64,000 nucleotides of DNA from Gammaproteobacteria bacterium (GTDB lineage Bacteria > Pseudomonadota > Gammaproteobacteria > Eutrophobiales > Eutrophobiaceae). Positions 39,057 through 47,929 of this stretch are shown one piece after another (the first letter of the stretch is position 1; each line of letters begins with the position of its first letter). The stretch covers positions 8,479 through 72,478 of the forward strand of contig JAURPG010000097.1 of assembly GCA_030835405.1 (NCBI GenBank). The letters run 5' to 3'. Under the pieces are notes generated by a model. It was given only the letters and a program-made list of their open reading frames with translations. It was not told the DNA's origin and did not search any database. Both the position numbers and the translations under genes were made by a program.

Positions 39057-39216
39057 AAAACTCCCGCCCAAACCACGGGTAAAAATCAAAGCCTGTATCC
39101 CATAATTCCTTAACTTCTTTACTTCTATTCAATTAAGTGTTTTATAATTACCCTGCAACAGGTGACTAAAATTAGCCCCTATTTTCTATAGTCACCACAT
39201 TGACTGGTAAATAATT

Positions 39217-39759
39217 ATGGAGAGGATAATGAAACGATTACTTCTGCTGTGTGCATTAACATCCTTAAGTACGATTGTTATTGCTGATCATGACAAGGTG
39301 GTGGGTAAACCGACACCGGGTATTCGCAATCTGCAGGTAGTTGACAGTAAGGTGGCCTGCGCCGGAGCGATCACCCCTGAGACTGTGCCCAGTATCAAGG
39401 AAATGGGATTTGTCTCCATCATCAACCTGCGTCGTGCTGAAGAGCAGGGTGCAAGAGTTGAAGAAGAAACAGCAGCAGCCACGTCTGCCGGGCTGAATTA
39501 TTTCCACATACCCTTTAACAGTAGAGATCCGGATCCTGCAGCAGTGGACGATTTTATTGCGGCATTAGCTGAGCCTGGCATGGAACCAGCCTTTATTCAC
39601 TGCGCGGGAGGAACCCGTGCCGCAGGAATGTGGTATGCAAAACGGGTGATCCAGGACGGACTGGACAGGGACCATGCCCTGGAAGAGGCCAGGGCACTGG
39701 GTCTGGGTAGCGAAACATTGCAATCTTTTATGGATGACTATATCGATTCAAAGCTTTAA
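39217..39759 (+). CDS. exported DUF442/protein-tyrosine-phosphatase-like (CX5R) protein
   Basis: 180 aa with a signal peptide and the P-loop 'HCAGGTRAAG' (C-x5-R). The domain is of the type fused to beta-lactamase-like sulfur dioxygenases in sulfur oxidisers. Confidence 0.55.
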   Translation: MERIMKRLLLLCALTSLSTIVIADHDKVVGKPTPGIRNLQVVDSKVACAGAITPETVPSIKEMGFVSIINLRRAEEQGARVEEETAAATSAGLNYFHIPFNSRDPDPAAVDDFIAALAEPGMEPAFIHCAGGTRAAGMWYAKRVIQDGLDRDHALEEARALGLGSETLQSFMDDYIDSKL

Positions 39760-39782
39760 TTAGTCTTTAACACACAATAACG

Positions 39783-39818
39783 GCCGGAATGAATATGATT
39801 CATTCCGGCTTTTTTTTC
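39783..39818. terminator. bidirectional rho-independent terminator between convergent genes
   Basis: A 12-bp perfect stem GCCGGAATGAAT / ATTCATTCCGGC with loop ATG is followed by TTTTTTTTCTT on the + strand and by a U-rich run on the - strand. Confidence 0.8.
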
Positions 39819-39847
39819 TTGGGAATATTATCCTAAGATAACTTCTG

Positions 39848-42475
39848 TCAGGCCTGGTTATTCTTCTCTGCTAACAAACCTGGTAATACCACAAGTGTCG
39901 CCACTAATGTCATGCCGATGCCGATGGTCAATAATTTACCCATGCTTGCAGTTCCGGTATGTGGTGAAAAGGCGAGGTTACCGATACTGCCCATGGTGGT
40001 AAAAGTACTGACGATCACTGCCCTTGCGGAACTGGTAGCGAGGACATTCTTATCATCAGGCAATGCCGTTCTAAATCGGTGAAGGATATGAATGGCACTG
40101 TCTACACCAATGCCCAGTAGTAATGGCAGGGCGATGATATTGGCAAAGTTTAGCGGGATATCAAACAATACACTGATACCACCCGTGACGATTACAGCAA
40201 ACATTAAGGCAGCCATGCAGAGAATGGCATCTATTTTCCTGGGTAGCAGAATTAACAGGATCCCGGCAATGGCTATGATGGCGTAGGTTAAGGCCTGTTT
40301 GAATGCACTGATGACGGCATCACCCGCTTCTATATTGATTACCGGTGGCCCGGTTAGTCTTGAATCCAGATCATAAAGTTCTTCAACAAAGTCACGCATG
40401 GCGGCACTCTCATTGAGATCCTCTGCAGGAGTGATATTCAACAGATAATTGCCATGGGGACTTAACCACCTTGCAGTCATCTCGTCGGGTAGACTCTCCA
40501 GGGAGACATAGTCGGCATTTAAGGATGCGTTTAATTGTTCTAGGCGGCCGGGCAGGGATGCCAGCATAGTTATGGAAAATTTATTTAACTTTATGTCTCG
40601 TTGTTGTTGTGATGCTGATTGTAATTGCTCATGGAATCTTCCCAGGTTGGTCATGAAGGTTGCTATCTCTGGGGAATTTTGCACAAGGGTAGAGGCAGTA
40701 TGTGTATTGATAAAGTCAGACAAAATGGCCAACTTATCGTTGCTGTTTAATTCCTGGCTGAGTTGAGTATTGGTAAAACCACCGGCCACTAACAGGTTCA
40801 TCTCATCAATAATAAATAATTTTTCATCTTGATCGTCAGGGACGAAATCTTCCAGCCAGATGACAGAGTCTACTACCGGGCTGTTCCTGATTTTCTCTCG
40901 GGTGTTGATGGCGTCATCACGGTTGTCGGTGACGATTACCCCGTTCCAGGGGGAGGTCTCGCTGTCTTTTAAAAGGTCCACATAGGTCTGTACCGATTCA
41001 TTATTGGGATCCTGGAGGTTCAGGATGTTGTGGTCAAATCGGATTTTGGTAAAGGCAATACCACCGGTAATGACACAAATAAGGGTAATGATTTTTATCA
41101 TGCCGTTATGGGAAACAGGGAAGTTTGAAATAGCTAAACCAAAGCTATTTATCGGTTTACGTGTTGGTGTGGCATTCGCTTTTAGCGGGAATAGACCTAA
41201 TATGGCCGGTAGCAGGGTTAGGGTCACAAACAAGCTGATAAACATCCCTACACCGGAGATGAGACCCAGCTCGGCCACACCTTGATAATCCGTTGGCACA
41301 AAGGCAAAAAAGCCAACTGACGTTGTAATAGTACAGATAATTAAGGATTGCCCGAGATTACGTGAAGATTCCTCAATGGCCATATGGTTTGCATTGCCTT
41401 GGTTGATCAATTCCCGGTATCGCAACGTGTAATGGATAGCAAAGTCGATGCCCAGGCCAATATACAGTACCGCGAAGGCTACGGAGATAAGGTTCAATTC
41501 GCCGATGGCAAAGGTGGCAAAGGCTGCTGTAAATAACAGCCCCGTCACCAAAGTAATCAAGGTATAAGATACCAGTCGTACAGACCTGATTCCGGTAAGC
41601 ATAATGATGGTCACCAGACACAGGGACAGGATGATTGCCAATTCGGTCCCACGACTGACACTGAGTAGTTCTTCCTGTGCCAGGACTTCACTACCGGTAA
41701 GTCTTACCGTTGCCCCGGTACTGGTAATATCTTCTGAGACTGCAATGTCGCGGATTATCTCAATGGCACGATCAGCCGGCAACATTGCATCAGGGTCCAG
41801 TACTGGCTGCAGGATTATAAAGTCACGGTAGATGGAATCACCAGCGCTGGTTTCTGCATCAATGAGGTTTTGCCAGGATACCCGGTAGGGAGTGTTGTTT
41901 ATTATGGATGCTGCACCCTTGTTGAGTTCCTGTATTAACGGAACAATATCAAAGTCTTCACCGTCTTCAATGGCGTCCATGGCGTCGGAGATCATGTTAA
42001 ACAGCCCACGTATGCTCATGTCATCTGTCAGCCGGGTCAAAAAGGGCTGGATCTTTGCCAGGTTGTCCGAAAGCTCATAGAGTTTATCAGTGGAGAGGAA
42101 CAGCAGGGCGTCTTCCCTGAAGATGGGAAGTGCCCGCGGATAATAAATGTTTTCAAACCACTCGGACTGTTCCTGAAACTTTCGGTTTAACAGTGTAGCG
42201 GCATCGCTGGCCTGATCTGGTGTTGTGGCTTCGGTAACTACCAGGATGGTATCCAGGAACTGGGGAAAGTGTTTTTCATAATTGAGGTCCAGTTGTCGCC
42301 AGGGAAGTTCCGGTGATAGCATCTCCCGGGTATCTGTATTCATGCCCAGGTTATTAACCGTATAGAGTCCTGCACCAATCGAACTGATCAAAAATAATAC
42401 TACAATGGGAAAACGCAAACGTTCCACCAGCATGATGTAGTTAGTTAACAGCTTAAGTCCGATTTTTTTAAGCAC
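39848..42475 (-). CDS. MMPL/RND-superfamily lipid exporter (HpnN-like)
   Basis: 875 aa with two 6-TM bundles, each preceded by a large periplasmic domain. Its length and context match hopanoid-associated HpnN. Confidence 0.75.
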   Translation of the reverse strand: MLKKIGLKLLTNYIMLVERLRFPIVVLFLISSIGAGLYTVNNLGMNTDTREMLSPELPWRQLDLNYEKHFPQFLDTILVVTEATTPDQASDAATLLNRKFQEQSEWFENIYYPRALPIFREDALLFLSTDKLYELSDNLAKIQPFLTRLTDDMSIRGLFNMISDAMDAIEDGEDFDIVPLIQELNKGAASIINNTPYRVSWQNLIDAETSAGDSIYRDFIILQPVLDPDAMLPADRAIEIIRDIAVSEDITSTGATVRLTGSEVLAQEELLSVSRGTELAIILSLCLVTIIMLTGIRSVRLVSYTLITLVTGLLFTAAFATFAIGELNLISVAFAVLYIGLGIDFAIHYTLRYRELINQGNANHMAIEESSRNLGQSLIICTITTSVGFFAFVPTDYQGVAELGLISGVGMFISLFVTLTLLPAILGLFPLKANATPTRKPINSFGLAISNFPVSHNGMIKIITLICVITGGIAFTKIRFDHNILNLQDPNNESVQTYVDLLKDSETSPWNGVIVTDNRDDAINTREKIRNSPVVDSVIWLEDFVPDDQDEKLFIIDEMNLLVAGGFTNTQLSQELNSNDKLAILSDFINTHTASTLVQNSPEIATFMTNLGRFHEQLQSASQQQRDIKLNKFSITMLASLPGRLEQLNASLNADYVSLESLPDEMTARWLSPHGNYLLNITPAEDLNESAAMRDFVEELYDLDSRLTGPPVINIEAGDAVISAFKQALTYAIIAIAGILLILLPRKIDAILCMAALMFAVIVTGGISVLFDIPLNFANIIALPLLLGIGVDSAIHILHRFRTALPDDKNVLATSSARAVIVSTFTTMGSIGNLAFSPHTGTASMGKLLTIGIGMTLVATLVVLPGLLAEKNNQA

Positions 42476-42510
42476 AGGGTGCCCGGTATTTATTGAGGGA
42501 TTTAATAGGA

Positions 42511-43260
42511 TTATACCCTGAAGACATATTCCTTATCAGGTTCACGTTCACAATCGGGAGGATAGTTCTTACGCTTATCATCATAGTACTGCTGGCGAGC
42601 ATCTCCTTCAGATGATTTATTATATGTGACATATAGTATGCGCCGGGGTTCATTTGTGAGATTGGGTTTGGAACGGTGTGGAGCATAGGAATCAAAGAAT
42701 ACAGCATCACCGGCTTTGGTCTCCACAGGCACATATTCAAGTTCATCTTCATTTAACGGTTTCCATATATCGCCGATGACACCGGAACGATGTTGCCCAC
42801 CGGCCATCTCCAGGCAACCGTTCTCGATAGTCGTGTCATCGATACTCACCATGGCAGTGATATGAATGCTGGCATACTTGTCCCAACCTGCCTGAACGTC
42901 CTGATGGGCCTTAAAACCGTCACCACCGGCAAGTTTGAAATTTATCTTGTCTTTGTAGAGGACCGCTTCTTCGGCAAAAAGGTCGCTCACGGCATTACGC
43001 AGTTTCCCGTCCATAAATACCTGGCTGAATCCTTTATGAAAGGGCTCAATATTTTCCATTCTGCAAAGGATGCGTTTGTCCTGGTCCTGCAGGCTTTTTT
43101 CAAAATACATCATGTATTTCCCCGGGACTTCAGGGTAATTCAATACCTCATCGGTCCATTTTTTAAGGTCGGCCATTTCATCCTGAGAGTAAAATCCAGG
43201 TGCCACTAAGTAGCCATTGTCATTGAAAAAATTGATTTGTTCTTGAGTTAATATGGACAT
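42511..43260 (-). CDS. phytanoyl-CoA dioxygenase (PhyH) family Fe(II)/2-oxoglutarate oxygenase
   Basis: 249 aa with the H-x-D motif in 'FKAHQDVQ' and a distal His in 'DSYAPHRS'. Confidence 0.8.
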   Translation of the reverse strand: MSILTQEQINFFNDNGYLVAPGFYSQDEMADLKKWTDEVLNYPEVPGKYMMYFEKSLQDQDKRILCRMENIEPFHKGFSQVFMDGKLRNAVSDLFAEEAVLYKDKINFKLAGGDGFKAHQDVQAGWDKYASIHITAMVSIDDTTIENGCLEMAGGQHRSGVIGDIWKPLNEDELEYVPVETKAGDAVFFDSYAPHRSKPNLTNEPRRILYVTYNKSSEGDARQQYYDDKRKNYPPDCEREPDKEYVFRV

Positions 43261-43309
43261 AGTTGTTCTACCTGTTTTAATGCTAGCGAATCATACCAAA
43301 AAATTACGA

Positions 43310-44023
43310 TTAATGATGAGATGCTATTAAGTTTTCAGGTCTTTTAGACAGAATTTTCAGAGTTTCACTGGCATGGTGATAAAAATTCAGCAATTGAATT
43401 AGCTTATTAAGCTGTTGTGGGTGGGTGAGTGCGGTCATTATCAAACGTAATACAGGGACATCACCAAATTCATTCGTCAGTGTCAGAAGGTAGTCAGGGA
43501 AACTGTAGTTTGCGGGGTCAATAATGACGCGCATCACAGTGCTTGGGACCTTCTGTTCGTTGGCCAGGGCGACAACGGCAGAGGATTCCATGTCTACTGC
43601 ACAGACATTAAATTGATTGTATAGACCTATTTTATCTATTGAATTTGTTATGACCTCATCTGAGGTGAATAGCGGAGAATTAGTGATTTTATTTTTTTTT
43701 AATTTATATTTTTCACGTAATTGCTCGGACCACTCAAGATGACAATGAAAAACCCGGTTAGAATCAGTCATAATATTGTCCGGAATAACCAGATCGCCTG
43801 ATGACAGTTCCGGGGACAGGGCACCTGCCATACCTATGACCAATAATCCGTCTGCGCCATTATTCAGCAGGGCAAGAGCAGCCTCTCGTGCATTTACCTT
43901 CCCTTCGCCGGAGACAATGAGGCTGATATTCTCCGTTAGCGAAACAGGTTTTTTTAATATACTCGGTTTTGTAAACCACCTTGCTTCAGTGGTGAGCGGT
44001 GTAATAATACCAAGGTGTTTCAC
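43310..44023 (-). CDS. purine/MTA nucleoside phosphorylase-family protein (HpnG-like hopanoid-associated phosphorylase)
   Basis: 237 aa with the PNP_UDP_1 fold pattern ('LVIGMAGALSPELSSGDLVIPDNIMTD', 'VDMESSAV'). Confidence 0.6.
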   Translation of the reverse strand: MKHLGIITPLTTEARWFTKPSILKKPVSLTENISLIVSGEGKVNAREAALALLNNGADGLLVIGMAGALSPELSSGDLVIPDNIMTDSNRVFHCHLEWSEQLREKYKLKKNKITNSPLFTSDEVITNSIDKIGLYNQFNVCAVDMESSAVVALANEQKVPSTVMRVIIDPANYSFPDYLLTLTNEFGDVPVLRLIMTALTHPQQLNKLIQLLNFYHHASETLKILSKRPENLIASHH

Positions 44024-44031
44024 AATCTAGT

Positions 44032-45072
44032 TCAGTTAAAGTTTTGCGTAAGCGGTTTGCTGTAATAGTTAAATAACTTCTTCAGCATATAGTCATTGCT
44101 TGTAAACAGATTGGACAGGGCAATTACTGTCTTGACGTTAGCCCTGGATATCTTGACCTCCTGGCCAGACGCAAAATTACGATGCTGATTAATATTTCGC
44201 AATGTCAGCACTGCCATGCCCAGTGCCCATAGACAGAAACGACGGATGCCTTTTTCTTCCGGCGGGATAAGCAATGTGTATTCCAGTGCATTGCCCAGAT
44301 GGTGCTGAGCCACACTGACCAGATGTCCCAATGCCTGTTGAACAGCTGCATCGGATGTGCCCGGGGTAAGTTCCCTCAGGTCTGTACCATACTGTTTAAA
44401 GACTTCGTTTGGTAGCCAGCACATATGGCGATCCTGGTCGTCCCAGATATCCTTGAGGATGTTGGTCATCTGTAGGCCCTGTCCAAAGGACACGGCCAGT
44501 GTCATTAGTTTATCGTAATGTGTGTTGATGGTTTGCGAATAATCACAGAACAGATCAGTTAACATTTCACCTACCACACCAGCAACATAATAACAGTAGT
44601 TGTCCATATCCTGTTGAGTCTCAAGACCGTTCTTTACATCGGCCTCCTGGAATTTTGACATGCCATCCGCCATGATGCGAATACAACGAGTAAGGGCTGC
44701 CCGCTGCCTGTCATTAAAACTGTGCGTAATGCGAATGACGGCTGGGGTTTCTTCAATCAGGTATTTTTCCTGGGCAGGCGTTGAGTCAGATAACAGAGGC
44801 GCAAGGGTCTTTGCAAACGCCTCCGCTGAATGCCCATTAGCCACTACCTGAATGAACATGTCAGAGAATTCCCGTTTGCGGGTAAAGACCATGTCCTTAT
44901 CATCTTCAATGGTATCGGCAATGCGGCACAACAGATAAGCATTGCCGACAACGCGGGATAGTCCATCTGGAAGTTGTGGAATGGTCAGTGCAAATGTACG
45001 GGAAACGTCGTCCAGTATCTTTGTTTGGAATGCTTCGTCCTTTTGTGTTGGTAGATCTGTTTTATCCAGCAT
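44032..45072 (-). CDS. squalene synthase-like (farnesyl-diphosphate farnesyltransferase, eukaryotic-type SQS/PSY family)
   Basis: 346 aa. The first Asp-rich motif 'YLLCRIADTIEDD' resembles the SQS 'LRALDTVEDD', and a second Asp-rich region 'YYVAGVVGEMLTD' follows. It is longer than HpnC/HpnD. Confidence 0.7.
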   Translation of the reverse strand: MLDKTDLPTQKDEAFQTKILDDVSRTFALTIPQLPDGLSRVVGNAYLLCRIADTIEDDKDMVFTRKREFSDMFIQVVANGHSAEAFAKTLAPLLSDSTPAQEKYLIEETPAVIRITHSFNDRQRAALTRCIRIMADGMSKFQEADVKNGLETQQDMDNYCYYVAGVVGEMLTDLFCDYSQTINTHYDKLMTLAVSFGQGLQMTNILKDIWDDQDRHMCWLPNEVFKQYGTDLRELTPGTSDAAVQQALGHLVSVAQHHLGNALEYTLLIPPEEKGIRRFCLWALGMAVLTLRNINQHRNFASGQEVKISRANVKTVIALSNLFTSNDYMLKKLFNYYSKPLTQNFN

Positions 45073-45112
45073 ATTTCAAATTATTAGATATCAAAAGCGA
45101 ATTCTATCAGGA

Positions 45113-46108
45113 TTATGGGCCCTGGTCAGAGGCGACCTGTTGTTTTCTTTGCAGGTGTTTATGTTCCAGGTGATGTAATGCAATTAATCCCATAGGGTCA
45201 AAAATAAAATCATGAATACGGATGGCGATTGACAACACCAGGGCAACATCTGGTGGTATACCCAGAATACTGCCTATCAATATGAATGCCCCCTCCTGGA
45301 TGCCATAACCGTTTGGAATGATAAAGGCGATTTCACTTAAGGTCATGGTGAGGCTTTTCAGCATGATGGCCTCCATCAGTCCGATGGGATGGTTTAGCAG
45401 GTAACAGGCCAGCCATAGTTCAGCGGTTTGAAATGCCAGGCTGAATGTACGAAGTGCGATAGCACTTACCAGTTTACCTTTGGCGTGGTATATCTCACGG
45501 ATACGATGGTCAATTTGTTCTGCATTGATGCTGAATTCATTCCAGGTCTCACTGTCAGTAAACATCCCGCCGAGTTTGGCCATGATCCCAAAAAATCCTT
45601 TTCTTTGCAGAATGGCAAAGCTCACGACACAGACCATTAACACAGCAAATCCCATGGTGGCATACAAGGCAAGCTGGGTGTCAGTCGACAATAATAATAA
45701 TGTCCCGACTCCAACCATCCCCCACAGGGCAAGAGACAATGCCTGGGAAATCTTGTCCACCATCACTGAGGCAATGGCATCAAGTCCAGGGATTCCCCAT
45801 TGATGCAGTAGTCTGGCCTTAACCATTTCACCTCCAATAGATGCCACCGGCAGCAGGTTATTAACGGATCGGCCGATCCAGGTGGCAATGAGTGCGTCGT
45901 AAAATCGAGGTGGTGCGTGATTGCCAAATAATAGTCGCCAACCCTGGGTGGCCGGCAGCAGGCAGGGAAACCAGATTAAGGGTAACAATAATAAAGACCA
46001 CCCGGATTCAACTAACAGGTTGAGTGAATCCATTGTGCCTTTCCATAGAAACAGGATCAGCAGCAGGATGAGACCAGCGAAAGAACCGAGTCGGGTGATG
46101 ATATTCAT
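45113..46108 (-). CDS. lysylphosphatidylglycerol-synthase-TM-like flippase-like membrane protein (HpnL-like, UPF0104)
   Basis: 331 aa with 8 predicted TM helices and a conserved 'RLLFGNHAPPRFYDALIATWIGRSVNNLLP' block. Confidence 0.6.
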   Translation of the reverse strand: MNIITRLGSFAGLILLLILFLWKGTMDSLNLLVESGWSLLLLPLIWFPCLLPATQGWRLLFGNHAPPRFYDALIATWIGRSVNNLLPVASIGGEMVKARLLHQWGIPGLDAIASVMVDKISQALSLALWGMVGVGTLLLLSTDTQLALYATMGFAVLMVCVVSFAILQRKGFFGIMAKLGGMFTDSETWNEFSINAEQIDHRIREIYHAKGKLVSAIALRTFSLAFQTAELWLACYLLNHPIGLMEAIMLKSLTMTLSEIAFIIPNGYGIQEGAFILIGSILGIPPDVALVLSIAIRIHDFIFDPMGLIALHHLEHKHLQRKQQVASDQGP

Positions 46109-46130
46109 AGGAATATTAATCAGGTCGTCT

Positions 46131-47120
46131 TCAGGCGGCCTGCATATATTTCAGGGCGTCTTCAATGACTTCGATGCCGGAATTATCTCGGTAGACATTT
46201 TCGCTTAAATATCTACGCCATTTTCTTGCACCAGGCTGGCCCTGGAACAGTCCCAGGATATGTCTTGCCATTCGCTGCAGTGCATCTCCCTCGGCCAGGC
46301 GATTTTGCATATAGTTCATATAACGTATGACGATTTCGTCCCGGCTAAGCGGGAGTGTTTGGTCATCAAAAAACTGACTGTCTGCATAGGAGAGAAGATA
46401 CGGATTATGACACACGGCGCGGCCAATCATAACACCGTCGACCTTGTCCATGTGTGGCTTTGCTTCTTCAAGACTGTTGATACCACCATTAATAATAATT
46501 TCCAGATCTGGAAAATCTGTTTTGATGTTGTACACCTTGTCATAGGTCAATGGCGGTATTTCTCTATTTTGCCTGGGACTCAGGCCACTCAACCATGCCT
46601 TGCGGGCATGAATAATGAAGGTCTTGCAACCGGATGATACGGTATGAATGAAATGCGTGAGGAATTCATAGTCATCCATGTGGTCGATCCCTGTTCGAGT
46701 CTTTACAGTTACCGGTATAGAAACACTTTGTTGCATACTTTGCACGCATTCGGCAACCAGATCTGGCTGTGACATCAGGCAGGCACCAAATTGTCCATTT
46801 TGTACCCGGTCACTGGGACATCCTACATTTAGATTGATTTCATTATATCCCATGTCTTCAGCAATCTTTGCACATTGGGCCAATTCCTGTGGATGACTTC
46901 CTCCCAGTTGCAGGGCCACGGGATGTTCAGAGTCATCATATGTCAAGCGATGAAATTGTTTGCCATAAATAATGGCGCCAGTAGTTATCATCTCCGTGTA
47001 GAGCAGGACATGCCTTGAGATTAACCGCAGGAAATAACGAAAATGCCGGTCGGTGTGCGTCATCATGGGCGCAATACATAGGCGGTGATTGATTGGCGAT
47101 GAATTCATGAAAGGAATCAT
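46131..47120 (-). CDS. dusA: tRNA dihydrouridine(20/20a) synthase DusA
   Basis: Near-colinear with E. coli DusA ('APMMTHTDRHFRYFLRLISR', 'HPVALQLGGS', 'NLNVGCPSDRVQNGQFGACLM', 'IIHARKAWLSGLSPRQNREIPPL'). Confidence 0.9.
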   Translation of the reverse strand: MIPFMNSSPINHRLCIAPMMTHTDRHFRYFLRLISRHVLLYTEMITTGAIIYGKQFHRLTYDDSEHPVALQLGGSHPQELAQCAKIAEDMGYNEINLNVGCPSDRVQNGQFGACLMSQPDLVAECVQSMQQSVSIPVTVKTRTGIDHMDDYEFLTHFIHTVSSGCKTFIIHARKAWLSGLSPRQNREIPPLTYDKVYNIKTDFPDLEIIINGGINSLEEAKPHMDKVDGVMIGRAVCHNPYLLSYADSQFFDDQTLPLSRDEIVIRYMNYMQNRLAEGDALQRMARHILGLFQGQPGARKWRRYLSENVYRDNSGIEVIEDALKYMQAA

Positions 47121-47247
47121 ACTATAAAGTGTGAGGAGATAGGAGTAAGGTGTGAGTGAGGGATTAGGATGCTAGTTTATGTCTTGATTAATATTTCCAG
47201 CTTCCCGGTTAAACAGATTCACCTCCTCACTTCTTACCCCTTACGCC

Positions 47248-47916
47248 TCACTCGAAGAGCGTTCGTGTAAAACTTGTTCTTAAATAAAACCCCCGTGGCA
47301 GGGTGGTGGTTGGTCTTCCGTCTTCGGCATAACTCTTTCCAAGAGACTTTGCGGTTGCCGCTTTTGGGCGGACCTGAAGGTATGTCCCCAATGAAGATGA
47401 AAGCTTGTCCAATTCTCCCAGCGAGACCAGATCCATGATCTCTTCCCAGTCATTTTTCAGGACACGTTTCTGTTCGGCATTGGGACTCCAAAGGGTGGCA
47501 CTGCCAAATCGCCTGTCTTTGATTGCAATTGTCTGATCGGATTCCACGGGTAACCACAGTACCCGTTTTAATTTACTATATACTGTTGATTTTTCCCAGA
47601 TAAGCCCGGTAGTCTCAGTAAGATTCAGTGTGCAGACATAAGTAGACTCTTTGGGAATACCTGGTTTGGACATGGGAACAGTTTTTAATTCAACCCCAAT
47701 GTATTGAAAGTCCGGTTCTGACTGGTTGTTTGCGGTGGCACCTAAATAGGTTTCAGCCAGGTTACCTACCCAGCCCTTGTGATGGTTTTGATTAATGGGG
47801 ACAGGCAAGCATAGCTGGTTTGCAATTTGAGCAATGGTTTTGCCAGCAATGTGTGCTGCACTATCCAGCAATTCCTTTTCTGTTGTAGGGGCTGAGAATT
47901 TTATATTTTGATTCAA
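47248..47916 (-). CDS. mutH: DNA mismatch repair endonuclease MutH
   Basis: 222 aa, colinear with E. coli MutH ('GVELKTVPM', 'KLKRVLWLPVE', 'LWSPNAEQ', 'DWEEIMDLVSLGE', 'LQVRPKAA', 'TLPRGFYLR'). Confidence 0.9.
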   Translation of the reverse strand: MNQNIKFSAPTTEKELLDSAAHIAGKTIAQIANQLCLPVPINQNHHKGWVGNLAETYLGATANNQSEPDFQYIGVELKTVPMSKPGIPKESTYVCTLNLTETTGLIWEKSTVYSKLKRVLWLPVESDQTIAIKDRRFGSATLWSPNAEQKRVLKNDWEEIMDLVSLGELDKLSSSLGTYLQVRPKAATAKSLGKSYAEDGRPTTTLPRGFYLRTSFTRTLFE

Positions 47917-47929
47917 TGGTTATAGAAAT

